Of a stretch of 64,000 bases of DNA, positions 45,267-54,607 are shown one piece after another; within the stretch, counting starts at the first letter, position 1, and each line of letters starts with the position of its first letter. The position numbers and the translations under genes were made by a program. This DNA comes from a virus (lineage: Duplodnaviria > Caudoviricetes): IMG/VR virus record IMGVR_UViG_3300038393_001386, positions 901 to 64,900 of that record, one strand, 5' to 3'. Below the pieces are notes generated by a model that searched no databases, was not told the origin of the DNA, and was given only the letters and a program-made list of their open reading frames with translations.

Positions 45267-45479
45267 CAGTGCGCGGGGGAGCGCCGCAGTCGGTCCACCA
45301 GACCAGGGGCATCAAGCCGTGGCAGGGAGACGCTGAGGGGAGATTCCGGTTATCTCAGCAACCTGGGGCACCACCTTCGTGCCACGCCTTGATGTTCTGT
45401 CAGCCGGGAGCGGGCGGTTGTGCCGCCGTGCTCCTGTCCTTGCGGTTGTGCCGCGTAATCCATCCCTGTGGGAGTAACC

Positions 45480-46145
45480 ATGCCGTTCGATAAAGACGAT
45501 CCCGATTTCAAGGCTGCGTTGAAAGCCGCCTCTGACGAAGCCAAAGCCGCGTTGCAGGTGGAAATCGACAAGCTCAAGACCAAAAACCAGGAGCTGATCG
45601 CGGAAAACCGCGAAGCCAAGAAGGGCCAGCAAATCGATCCCGCGAAGTATGCGGCGCTCGAAGACAAGGTCGCCGAACTGACGGATCAACTGAGCACGGC
45701 GCAAGCCGAGACCGCCAAGCAGATCAAGGCGCTGACCACCGAGCGCGACGCCTTCGCCAAGAAGTATGACGGCGAAAAGGCGGCGAACTACAAGTCAGTG
45801 GTCGAGACCGGCTTAACCAATGCGCTGGTCGAGGCGAAAGTCGATCCGATCTACCTGCCGTTCGTGAAAGCGAAGATGCAAAGCGACGTGAAGGTGGTGG
45901 AAGACGGCGAGCTGCGCAAAGCGGTGGTCGGCGACAAGGCGTTAGCCGAGTTCGTCAAGGAATGGGCAGCCTCCGATGAAGCGAAGAACTTCATCCAGGC
46001 GCGCAGCGATGGCGGCGGCAATGCCAACGGCAGCAACAAGCAAAACGGGCTGGTCACGATATCCGCCAGTGATTCAGCCGCATTCGGCACCAACCTGGCG
46101 GAAATCGCCAAGGGCGAGAAGGGCACCGTCCGCATCGCGCCCTAG
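45480..46145 (+). CDS. Capsid scaffolding protein
   Basis: Charged coiled coil, then GGGNANG linker and a short C-terminus; upstream of MCP. Confidence 0.8.
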   Translation: MPFDKDDPDFKAALKAASDEAKAALQVEIDKLKTKNQELIAENREAKKGQQIDPAKYAALEDKVAELTDQLSTAQAETAKQIKALTTERDAFAKKYDGEKAANYKSVVETGLTNALVEAKVDPIYLPFVKAKMQSDVKVVEDGELRKAVVGDKALAEFVKEWAASDEAKNFIQARSDGGGNANGSNKQNGLVTISASDSAAFGTNLAEIAKGEKGTVRIAP

Positions 46146-46160
46146 TTTTATCTAGAACAG

Positions 46161-46175
46161 CTACCAGGGAGGTCG
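46161..46175. promoter_or_regulatory. Operator variant upstream of major capsid gene
   Basis: CTACC AGGGA GGTCG. Confidence 0.45.
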
Positions 46176-46201
46176 CTGTTCGTCTGAAAGGGGAGTAAAT
46201 C

Positions 46202-47332
46202 ATGTCGAACGACTTAACCAAAGTCAGCCCAATCCTGCTTGCGCAGGGGCTGATGGCGCTGCGGGGCTACAACGTGATGCCTCGCCTGATCAACAGCGAT
46301 TACCAGGGCATGGCGTCCGAAAAGAATTCGGTCATCAATGTGCCGATCCCGTCCGCGATCACCACCAACGACGTGACGCCGGCCAACGTGCCGCCTTCCA
46401 CGCAGGATGTCGCGCCGACTTCGGTGCCGATCACCCTCGATCAGTGGAAAGAAGCCGCGTTCTACCTGACCGACAACGATGTGATGCAAGCCATTGCGGG
46501 CGTGATCCCGATGCAGGCGTCCGAAGCGATCAAGTCGCTGGCCAACACCGTCAACGCGTACATCTTCTCGATGTACAAGAACTTTTACGGTTATGCCGGC
46601 ACCGCCGGCACCACGCCGTTCGCCTCCGACACCACCGCCTTGCGCGATGTGCGCAAGATCATGAACAACCAGCTTTGCCCGACCTCGGACCGCCGGCTGG
46701 TGCTGAGCCTGGATGCCGAAGGCAATGCGATCGTGCTGCCGCTGTTCCAGCAAGCGAACACGTCCGGCACCACCACCACGCAAGTCGAAGGCGTGATCGG
46801 TCGCAAGATGGGCTATGACTGGTTCTCTGACCAGCAAGTGCCGACCCATACCAGCACCGCGCTGACCGCCGGAGCCGCGACCGTCAATGGCGCACATTCG
46901 GCTGGCGCAAAAACCGTGTCGATCGCGAAAGCGACCAACACGTCGCCGCTGGTCAAGGGCGACATCATCACCTTCGCCGGCGACACGCAAACCTATGTCG
47001 TCACCGCTGACGTGACGCTGGCGGTCGGCAATACCAACGTATCGATCGAGCCGGGGCTGGCCACCGCCAAGTCCGGCGGCGAAGCGATGAGCCTGAAAGC
47101 CTCGCATGTGGTGAACCTGGCGTTCCACCGCGATGCGATCGCGTTTGCGACCCGTCCGCTGCTGGCGGTCTCGCATCCGTCGGTGATCACCAACCAGGCA
47201 TCGGACCCGGTCTCCGGCATCACGCTGCGGCTGGAAATCACGCGCGAATACAAACGGACCCGCTTTGCCTACGACATGTTGTACGGCGCGCAAGTGGTTC
47301 GGCGCGAGTTTGGCTGCCGCCTCGCTGGCTGA
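46202..47332 (+). CDS. Major capsid protein (P22 coat-like)
   Basis: 376 aa; ITLDQWKEAAF, GRKMGYDWF, NLAFHRDAIAFATRPL, YDMLYG. Confidence 0.88.
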   Translation: MSNDLTKVSPILLAQGLMALRGYNVMPRLINSDYQGMASEKNSVINVPIPSAITTNDVTPANVPPSTQDVAPTSVPITLDQWKEAAFYLTDNDVMQAIAGVIPMQASEAIKSLANTVNAYIFSMYKNFYGYAGTAGTTPFASDTTALRDVRKIMNNQLCPTSDRRLVLSLDAEGNAIVLPLFQQANTSGTTTTQVEGVIGRKMGYDWFSDQQVPTHTSTALTAGAATVNGAHSAGAKTVSIAKATNTSPLVKGDIITFAGDTQTYVVTADVTLAVGNTNVSIEPGLATAKSGGEAMSLKASHVVNLAFHRDAIAFATRPLLAVSHPSVITNQASDPVSGITLRLEITREYKRTRFAYDMLYGAQVVRREFGCRLAG

Positions 47333-47387
47333 TGGCTAGGGGCGGTGCCAGCCAGGCGCTGCCCCGTCTTGTCTCAAGGGGAAAACC

Positions 47388-47792
47388 ATGTCCGTTCAAT
47401 TATCCGTATCGGTGCGCAACGCGCGCCTGGATTCGATCGAAACCACCGTTTCAACTTCGCCCAAGCTGCGCATCCTGTCCGGCTCCGCGCCTGCCGACTG
47501 CGCCACCGCGCAAAGCGGCACGCTGCTGTGCGAAATCGCGCTGCCATCGGATTGGCTGGCTGCCGCCTCATCGGGCAGCAAGGCCAAGTCCGGCACCTGG
47601 AGCGGCACCGGGGCCGCGTCCGGCAATGCCGGGTATTTCCGCATTGTCGATAACGCCGGCACCACTTGCCACATGCAGGGCACGGTGACAGCCACTGGCG
47701 GCGGCGGCGATATGACGCTCGATAACGTGTCGATCGCGTCCAGCCAAGCCGTGACCGTGAACACCTTCACTTTAACTGATGCTAATTCGTAA
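47388..47792 (+). CDS. Virion structural/decoration protein
   Basis: RNARLD...KLRILSG.AP...GYFRI...GGGGDMTLDN. Confidence 0.7.
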   Translation: MSVQLSVSVRNARLDSIETTVSTSPKLRILSGSAPADCATAQSGTLLCEIALPSDWLAAASSGSKAKSGTWSGTGAASGNAGYFRIVDNAGTTCHMQGTVTATGGGGDMTLDNVSIASSQAVTVNTFTLTDANS

Positions 47793-47849
47793 CATTGAGT
47801 TTTCGCTGACGGTTGCGAACTAAGGTAAGCGCAGGGAGTCAAATCATGT

Positions 47850-48437
47850 ATGAACACTCCTATCTCTTTCGTCACCTGCAAGTGTCCAACTTGCGGGGAG
47901 ACCTATACCGTGCTTTCCGAAACGTTTGCGCAATTCGGCGCGGAAGAATGTTCTCATTGTTGCCGCAGACGGTACGAGCGCGAATGGAGAGCAGCCAATC
48001 CAGACAAGGTGGCTGCTGCTCGCCTTCGTGCGAAGCAGAATGCCGATCCGGTTGCGACTGCGAACCGCAAAGCGGCTTGGGCCAAAGCACATCCAGAAGT
48101 TGGACGAGCCAAAGCCAAGCGATACCGAGAACGGCACAAAGAAGAAGTGGCGGCGCGGGAGAAAGCATATTACGAGGCGAACCGCGTAAAGCGCATCCAG
48201 GCCACGCTCGATGCGTTGTATCGAAAGATCACGCCGCCGTGGGCAAATATGGAAGCGATTCACGCCAAATACGAAGAAGCTCGCCGACTAACGGAAGAAA
48301 CTGGCAATTTGTACGAGGTCGATCACATCATCCCACGCAAGGGCAAGAATGTGTGTGGACTGCATGTGGAGAACAATCTGCGAGTCGTCACAACTTTGGC
48401 CAATCGACGCAAGCAGAGAAGTCATACGCAGGAGTAG
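47850..48437 (+). CDS. Free-standing HNH (homing-type) endonuclease
   Basis: CPTC...CSHC; TPPWAN; YEVDHIIP...VCGLHVENNL. Confidence 0.85.
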   Translation: MNTPISFVTCKCPTCGETYTVLSETFAQFGAEECSHCCRRRYEREWRAANPDKVAAARLRAKQNADPVATANRKAAWAKAHPEVGRAKAKRYRERHKEEVAAREKAYYEANRVKRIQATLDALYRKITPPWANMEAIHAKYEEARRLTEETGNLYEVDHIIPRKGKNVCGLHVENNLRVVTTLANRRKQRSHTQE

Positions 48438-48468
48438 GGCATCCGATCCTCCTGCAACGGGAGGATTT

Positions 48469-48927
48469 ATGGACTTGACGACCGCGCAGTGGAGCACTTT
48501 CAAGACCGATATCAATACCAACCAGGCGGCGAATGTCGCGGCGGGTAATTACGACGCCATCGTTGCCTATTACAACGCCAATTCGTCGCCAGCGGTGTCG
48601 ATCTGGCGTCCCTTGGTGTCGATTACCGAGCTGAACAACGCGATCGTCTGGTCCGAGTTCGCCGGCCTCACCGCCGCCAAGCAGAACTGCTACATCGCGA
48701 TGGTGTGCGGCCCGATCGATGCCACGCAGGCGAATATCCGCTCCGGCTTTTCGACCATCTTTTCCAGTCAGGGAAGCCAGACGCTGATCAACCTGAACCT
48801 CATCGCCAAGCGAACCGGCACGCGCTTTGAAGTGCTGTTCTCAACTGTCGATGGCACGGCCAGCGTGTCGTCTTTATATGGCGCAGTGGTCACGCGCAAC
48901 GATGTCATCAATGCGTTAGCGAGCTGA
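48469..48927 (+). CDS. Virion structural hypothetical protein
   Basis: GGAGG RBS inside a hairpin (48446-48466); 152 aa. Confidence 0.6.
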   Translation: MDLTTAQWSTFKTDINTNQAANVAAGNYDAIVAYYNANSSPAVSIWRPLVSITELNNAIVWSEFAGLTAAKQNCYIAMVCGPIDATQANIRSGFSTIFSSQGSQTLINLNLIAKRTGTRFEVLFSTVDGTASVSSLYGAVVTRNDVINALAS

Positions 48928-48929
48928 TC

Positions 48930-49379
48930 ATGGCCACCACCTTTGCCACTCAAGCGATTTCGATCACGGCGACCACGCTGGCCTCTGGCTCCGCGCGCGA
49001 ATCGGGATCGGTCACGACCGACACCACCAACAACGTGGACGATTACCGCATCACGGTCAAGGCCACGGCGGCGGCGGGCACGCCGACCGGCTCCAAGGCA
49101 GTGTTCGTGTGGGTCAAGACTTCTGATGATTCCGGCACCACCTGGGATGGCAATGCCACGTCCAGCGATGCGGCGATCACGCTCGATTCGCCGCACCAGT
49201 TCTATTTCGGTGTCGCGATCCCGTTTCCGACCTCGACCCTGACCCGCGCCGGCTCCTTCTCCTTGAAGGCGGCGTGCGGCGGTTCGCTGCCGAAGACCTG
49301 GGGCATCATCATCGAGAACCAGATCGGCTTCGCCTTCACTGCCTGCAGCGTCACCTGCATGGAATCGTACAACACCTGA
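48930..49379 (+). CDS. Virion structural beta-sandwich protein
   Basis: Thr/Ser/Gly-rich, 149 aa, structural-gene codon usage. Confidence 0.6.
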   Translation: MATTFATQAISITATTLASGSARESGSVTTDTTNNVDDYRITVKATAAAGTPTGSKAVFVWVKTSDDSGTTWDGNATSSDAAITLDSPHQFYFGVAIPFPTSTLTRAGSFSLKAACGGSLPKTWGIIIENQIGFAFTACSVTCMESYNT

Positions 49380-49405
49380 TCCATTAACCGCAGGGAGGGC
49401 GCGCT

Positions 49406-52249
49406 TTGTCAACCAAGCTCTTTCTGCGCGCGCAAGCGCTCAATGCGATCGGCGGCACCTTCCGCGATCTACTGACCACTGCCGGGTCAAGCACCACCAC
49501 CGGCGTCGTCAACACGACCGCTTCCGGCACCGAAATCCAGTGGACTTCGACCGCTGGCGGCAGCGTGCTCGAATGGATTTCGGGCCGCTCGCCGACCGGC
49601 GGCTGGACCCTGTCCGGCACCATGACGTTCAACCTGTGGGCGCTGGAATCAGCCACGCAGGCGAACGTCGGCTGCCGCGCCAGGGTCTTCAAGCGCACCG
49701 CCGCCGGCAGCGAAGCGGAAATCGGCTCCGGCCCCTGGAGCAAGGGCACTGAGCTGACCGCATCGGCCACTGTGCAAAACTGGACAGGCACGCCAACCTC
49801 CACCAGTTTTGCCGAAGATGACCGGCTGATCGTCCGCTTCTACATCACCAATATCGGCACCATGGGCGGCGGGCGCACGGCCACGCTCGATTACGATGGC
49901 GGCACCGCCGCCGCCGATGGCGATTCCTGGTTCCAGCTCACCGAGACCGTCAGCTTCAAGGCGGAACAGCGCACGGCGGACTTGTCGGCCACGCTCGGCG
50001 CACTCACGCTGTCTTCTGATGGCCATACCGACCAGCCTCCGCCCTCTGGCGTGCGCCGCAAGACCGGCAAGCCGCCATACCACCGGCAGCCGCCGGCGGG
50101 CGTCAAGCCAGCCTGGGGCACCCCGGCAGCGAAGGGCTTGCTGTATGCCGCGTCCACGCCGTATGACGTGGTCCACCGCCGTAATGGCGGGCCGGTCGCG
50201 GCCACCTATCCAACCACCAACAAGCCGACTTACGGCAGCTCGGCGGGGCTGGGCAAAACCGTTGTTATCGCCAATGCGTCCACCAACGCGGTCGATTATG
50301 CGAATGCCTTCACGCCCGCGCCGCCGCTGACGATCCTGGTTGAATTCAATCAGGCATCGCAACCCTCGGTGGCCAACATCATCACCGCCGGCGGTGATGC
50401 GGCAGGCAATGGCTGGTCGTTGTGGACCCGCTCCGGCACCAATGACCTGGTGTTCACGTTCGGCTTCGTCAATGATTACCCGCTCGGCCTGACCGTCACC
50501 ACTGGCGTCGATTACACCGCCGTCATCACCGTGTCCGGCAATCTCGGCAGCGTCACCGGCTACCTGCTGCGCAAGGATACGCACGCGGTCCAGTACGGTT
50601 CGCCGGTGGCGCTCGATACCATGGCCACGCCGACCAAGCCGATCACGCTGGGCGCGAGCTACAATAATACCGCTTACGGCTTCTCGTTCGATGGCCAGAT
50701 CGGTTCGTGGGCCTTGTGGGACCGCTGCCTGAGCGACGATGAAGCGTTCGACTTGCTGGTCAACCCGTATCGCTTGTGGGGCGGCTCGCTCGGCCTGTAC
50801 CTGCCGCCATCCGGCTCCGGCATCACGGCAACGCTCAATGCCACGCTCGGCAGCCTGACGGCATCGGCGACCGGGGCTGTCACGGTGGCGGGCGCAGCCA
50901 GCCCGACGCTCGGCAGCCTGACCCTGTCTTCCAGCGGCACGGTTGCGGTGGCCGGCGCATCCAGCCCGACGCTGGGCGCATTGACTTCGTCCGCCGCTGG
51001 CGCGGTGGCGGTGTCGGCCTCGCTGGGGCAGGCGCTCGGCGCGCTGACGCTGTCGGCCTCGGCCACGCGCGAACTGACCGCCAGCCTGTCGGCCACGCTC
51101 GGCGCACTGACGCTGTCGAGCACGGCGACCAATCCCATTGCCGCCGACCTGTTTATCTCGCTCAACCTGCTGACCGCATCAGCCTCGGCCACGCACCCGG
51201 TGGTCGCCGATGGCGTCACTACGCTCGGCAGCCTGACGACCAGCGCAGCAGCCACGCACCCGGTCACGGGCGATGCGGCAGTCACGCTCGGCAGCCTGAC
51301 AACCAGCGCTAATGGCGCGGTCGATGTGGTGGCCGACGCGACGCCGATCCTCGATGGCTTGACCACGTCCAGCGCTGGCAGCGTCGCGGTCGCGGCAGAT
51401 GCCGACATGGCGCTTGGCAGCCTGATGCTGTCGGCGGACGCCTCGGTCTCAGACCCGGCGGCGATCCAGGTATCGCTGTCGGCCACGCTGGGCACGCTCA
51501 CGGCAGCGTCCAGCGGCACGGTCGCGGTGGCCGGCGACGCCAGCCCGACGCTGGGCAGCCTGACGACAGGCTCCGCTGCTGCCGTCGCGGTCGCTGCCAG
51601 CGTCAACCAGCCGCTCGGCAGCCTGACCCTGTCCAGCACCGGCGCGCTGACGGTTGCCGCAGTGGCCACGCCAACGCTGGGCGCATTGACTGCATCGGCA
51701 GCGGCCACGCATCCCGTCACCGGCGATGCGGCCATGACCTTGGGCAGCCTGGCGCTGTCCGCCGCTGTCGCGCACGACCGCGAAGTCAACCTGAACGCCA
51801 CGCTCGGCAGCCTGTCCAGCACCGCCGCCGGCAGCGTCGCGATCCTGGCCAATGGCGCGGGACAAGCCATCACGCTCGGCAGTCTGAGCGCGTCGTCAAC
51901 GGGCGCAGTCACGGTCGGCGCGCAATTGCTGGCCACGCTTGCGCCGATGACGGCCAATGGCGCGGCGCAAATCCTGGTGTCCGGCAGCGCGACCAGGACG
52001 CTCGGCGCGCTCACGGCGACCGGCGCTGGCGCTGTCGCCGTCACGGCTGATGCCGCCGCTACGCTGGGCGACTTGCTGCTGAGCGCCGCCGGCCAAGCCT
52101 TCCTGCTCACCGATTCTCTCGCCCGTACCGTGGCGATCGCCGCACAAGACCGCCATGCCGCGATTGCCGCGCAAGACCGGGCGGCGTCGATTGCCGCGCA
52201 AGACCGCGCTCATCTGTTCAACCCTGAAGACAGGACGGTGCATCCATGA
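49406..52249 (+). CDS. LamG-domain plus 21-aa-repeat virion fibre/decoration protein
   Basis: LamG-like ITLGAS..FDGQIGSWALWDRCLS; about 20 repeats of xxxTLGSLTxSAxGxVxVxxx; C-terminal IAAQDR x3. Confidence 0.75.
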   Translation: MSTKLFLRAQALNAIGGTFRDLLTTAGSSTTTGVVNTTASGTEIQWTSTAGGSVLEWISGRSPTGGWTLSGTMTFNLWALESATQANVGCRARVFKRTAAGSEAEIGSGPWSKGTELTASATVQNWTGTPTSTSFAEDDRLIVRFYITNIGTMGGGRTATLDYDGGTAAADGDSWFQLTETVSFKAEQRTADLSATLGALTLSSDGHTDQPPPSGVRRKTGKPPYHRQPPAGVKPAWGTPAAKGLLYAASTPYDVVHRRNGGPVAATYPTTNKPTYGSSAGLGKTVVIANASTNAVDYANAFTPAPPLTILVEFNQASQPSVANIITAGGDAAGNGWSLWTRSGTNDLVFTFGFVNDYPLGLTVTTGVDYTAVITVSGNLGSVTGYLLRKDTHAVQYGSPVALDTMATPTKPITLGASYNNTAYGFSFDGQIGSWALWDRCLSDDEAFDLLVNPYRLWGGSLGLYLPPSGSGITATLNATLGSLTASATGAVTVAGAASPTLGSLTLSSSGTVAVAGASSPTLGALTSSAAGAVAVSASLGQALGALTLSASATRELTASLSATLGALTLSSTATNPIAADLFISLNLLTASASATHPVVADGVTTLGSLTTSAAATHPVTGDAAVTLGSLTTSANGAVDVVADATPILDGLTTSSAGSVAVAADADMALGSLMLSADASVSDPAAIQVSLSATLGTLTAASSGTVAVAGDASPTLGSLTTGSAAAVAVAASVNQPLGSLTLSSTGALTVAAVATPTLGALTASAAATHPVTGDAAMTLGSLALSAAVAHDREVNLNATLGSLSSTAAGSVAILANGAGQAITLGSLSASSTGAVTVGAQLLATLAPMTANGAAQILVSGSATRTLGALTATGAGAVAVTADAAATLGDLLLSAAGQAFLLTDSLARTVAIAAQDRHAAIAAQDRAASIAAQDRAHLFNPEDRTVHP

Positions 52250-52566
52250 CAACCGACACCTATATCACTGACGCCAAGGGCCGGCTGGTCATCACCAAAG
52301 ACCCGCAAGCCACGCTCGATTACCAGTTCGATTGGTCCGCCTACCTGACGCCGATCACCGACACGATTGCCGGCGTGAATTTCACGCTGTCCGGCTCGGA
52401 TTCGGCGTCATTGGCGACCAGTTCCTTCAATGCGACTTCGGCCACTGCCTGGGTATCGGGCGGGCAAGTCGGCGAAACGATCCAGGTCGATTGCAAGATC
52501 ACGACCAGCTCGGTGCCGGCGCGGGTCGATTCGCGCTCCATTTTCATCAAGATCAAAGATCGCTGA
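52246..52566 (+). CDS. Head-associated/adaptor-like protein
   Basis: KDPQATLDYQFDWSAYL...WVSGGQVG...RSIFIKIKDR. Confidence 0.7.
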   Translation: MTTDTYITDAKGRLVITKDPQATLDYQFDWSAYLTPITDTIAGVNFTLSGSDSASLATSSFNATSATAWVSGGQVGETIQVDCKITTSSVPARVDSRSIFIKIKDR

Positions 52567-52720
52567 TATGACTCCACCTAACGCCACGCACGATAGACCA
52601 CGCGGAAGCTGTCGATATGCCGAACATTTCTGCAAGGCGACGATAAGACAACCCTTGTTCTCGGCGCAGCCTGCGCATTTTCAGCACGTCCTCGTTGACA
52701 GCGCTAGTACCAGTTCGTTT
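52553..52720 (-). pseudogene. Remnant of a homing-endonuclease C-terminal HTH
   Basis: NEDVLKMRRLRREQGLSYRRLAEMFGISTASAWSIVRGVRWSHI with no nuclease domain. Confidence 0.45.
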
Positions 52721-52738
52721 ACATAGGGAGCGGAGAAA

Positions 52739-53263
52739 ATGACCATCATCATCGAAGACGGCACTGGCGTGGCCACTGCGGAAAGCTACCTGTCGGTGGC
52801 GGACGCCGACAGCTACCATGCGGCGCGCGGCCATCTGGACTGGGATGCGCTGGATACCGAAGACAAGGAAATCTATCTGCGCCAGGCCACCGATTACCTG
52901 ACGCAAGCGTACCGGCTGCGCTGGAAGGGCTACCGCACGCACAGCACGCAAGCGCTGGACTGGCCGCGCGCCAATGTGCAACTGCCGGATGTCTCGTTCA
53001 CCTATGCCGGCTATGGCGCGTATGTGCCCTTCAACCAGGTGCCCACCGAAGTGCAGCGCGCGTGCGCGGAACTGGCCTTGAAAGCGGTCGATGGCCCGCT
53101 GGCTCCCGATATCGAGCGCAGCGTGAGCCGCGAAGTGGTCGGCCCGATCGATATCACATACGATCCGGCGGCTCCTCTGGTCACGCGCTTTCGCGCGATC
53201 GACCTGTTGCTGGCTCCGCTACTGGCCGGTTCATCCAATACGCTGCAACTGGTGCGCACATGA
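52739..53263 (+). CDS. Head-tail connector (DnaT-like family)
   Basis: IEDGTGVATAESYLSVADADSY, QALDWPR, VPTEVQRACAELAL. Confidence 0.85.
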   Translation: MTIIIEDGTGVATAESYLSVADADSYHAARGHLDWDALDTEDKEIYLRQATDYLTQAYRLRWKGYRTHSTQALDWPRANVQLPDVSFTYAGYGAYVPFNQVPTEVQRACAELALKAVDGPLAPDIERSVSREVVGPIDITYDPAAPLVTRFRAIDLLLAPLLAGSSNTLQLVRT

Positions 53264-53640
53264 GCGCGTTCGATGACCGCATGGTGGCGCGCGCCGCCGC
53301 CTTGATCGATGCGCGCGGCAAGCCCGTGACGATCACCAGCGTTACGTCGGCGACCTACAACCGCAGCACGCGCAGCAATACGCAAACCACCCTCATCACC
53401 ACGCCGAAGGTGCTGATGACCAAGCCGCCGCGCCGCACCTTTGGCGATGGCGGCGAATGGCAAGCCGGCACCGAAGCCAAGCGCGATACCAAGGCGTTTT
53501 ATTTGGCCGGCAACCAGGCCGAGCCAAGCATGGGTTCGACCGTCGATTTTGATAACCAGCGCTGGATCGTCGCCAATGTGATTCCCGACTATGTCGGCGA
53601 GCGCGTCGTGCTGTGGACCGTCACGATCTGGAGGGCATGA
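53260..53640 (+). CDS. Head closure/stopper protein
   Basis: AALIDARGKPVT; position in neck module. Confidence 0.65.
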   Translation: MSAFDDRMVARAAALIDARGKPVTITSVTSATYNRSTRSNTQTTLITTPKVLMTKPPRRTFGDGGEWQAGTEAKRDTKAFYLAGNQAEPSMGSTVDFDNQRWIVANVIPDYVGERVVLWTVTIWRA

Positions 53641-54074
53641 TGGGCTTCGCGCTGGATTTGCAACGCTTTGCGCTGAAAGCGGCCAACCGCCAGCAGCAAG
53701 TCCATCGGCGCTTGCTGTTCCTGACCGCGCAGCAACTGGTGATGACCTCGCCAGTCGGCGATCCGGCGCTGTGGTCGCATCCGGCTCCGCACAACTACCA
53801 TCCTGGCACGTTCCGCGCCTCCTGGCAGCACGGCATCGGCAGCGTGCCGTCTGCCGCCGCGACTGCGCCCGACCCGGACGGCCATGCGACGCTGGAACGG
53901 TTGCGCAGCTCGATCGACCAATCGCCTGGCGGCATCGATTACCTAGTCAATACCGCGCCGTATGCGCGCGCCATCGAGTATGGGCATAGCACGCAAGCGC
54001 CGCATGGCGTGCTGAGCCGCGTGATCGTCAATTTTCCGCAACTGGTGCGGCAAGCCGCCAAGGAGGGCGCATGA
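53637..54074 (+). CDS. HK97 gp10-like neck protein
   Basis: SPVGDP..W...GTFRASW, NTAPYARAIEYGHSTQAP.G. Confidence 0.8.
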   Translation: MMGFALDLQRFALKAANRQQQVHRRLLFLTAQQLVMTSPVGDPALWSHPAPHNYHPGTFRASWQHGIGSVPSAAATAPDPDGHATLERLRSSIDQSPGGIDYLVNTAPYARAIEYGHSTQAPHGVLSRVIVNFPQLVRQAAKEGA

Positions 54075-54478
54075 GCTATCTCGATCTGACTTCGGCCTTG
54101 GAAGATGCGGTGCTGGCGGTCGATGCCACGTTCCCGACCGCGTATGAAAACCAGCCGTTCGAGCCGCAACCGGGAGAAGCCTATCAGCGCATCGATTTTC
54201 TGCCCGCCGAGCCGGACGACCCGGCGTATGGAGGCGGCTTGCTGCGCGAAAACGGCATGCTGCAAGTGACCTTGTGCTATCCGGTGGCCGAAGGCTCCGG
54301 GCCGGCGCTCACGCGCGCCGAATTGCTGCGCGCGAGCCTGCCGCGCGGCGCGACCTATACGAAAAATGGCACCACGGTACAGTTTTCCCGCACGGCAATA
54401 ATCTTTCCCGCTATCATCATCGCAAACCGTTACTGTCTGCCGCTGCGCTGGCGTTATTACGCCAACGTCGCGCCGTGA
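54071..54478 (+). CDS. Tail terminator (DUF4128-like)
   Basis: TAYENQPFEP, GMLQVTLCYP..GSG, PLRWRY. Confidence 0.8.
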   Translation: MSYLDLTSALEDAVLAVDATFPTAYENQPFEPQPGEAYQRIDFLPAEPDDPAYGGGLLRENGMLQVTLCYPVAEGSGPALTRAELLRASLPRGATYTKNGTTVQFSRTAIIFPAIIIANRYCLPLRWRYYANVAP

Positions 54479-54607
54479 CGGTTTTTCTCAGGGATGGAAT
54501 GCGACCAAAACAGGCGTTATACGCCTGAAAAAGAGTCGCTTTTATTGAATTTATCAATGCGCCCATTCCGGGCGTAAAGCGACCGCAACGGTCAAGGGGA
54601 GGGCATC

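Noticed and set aside
52130-52215. 27-bp triple repeat (IAAQDR) as a VNTR or regulatory array
   Set aside because: In-frame coding repeat at a protein C-terminus; recorded only as part of that CDS.
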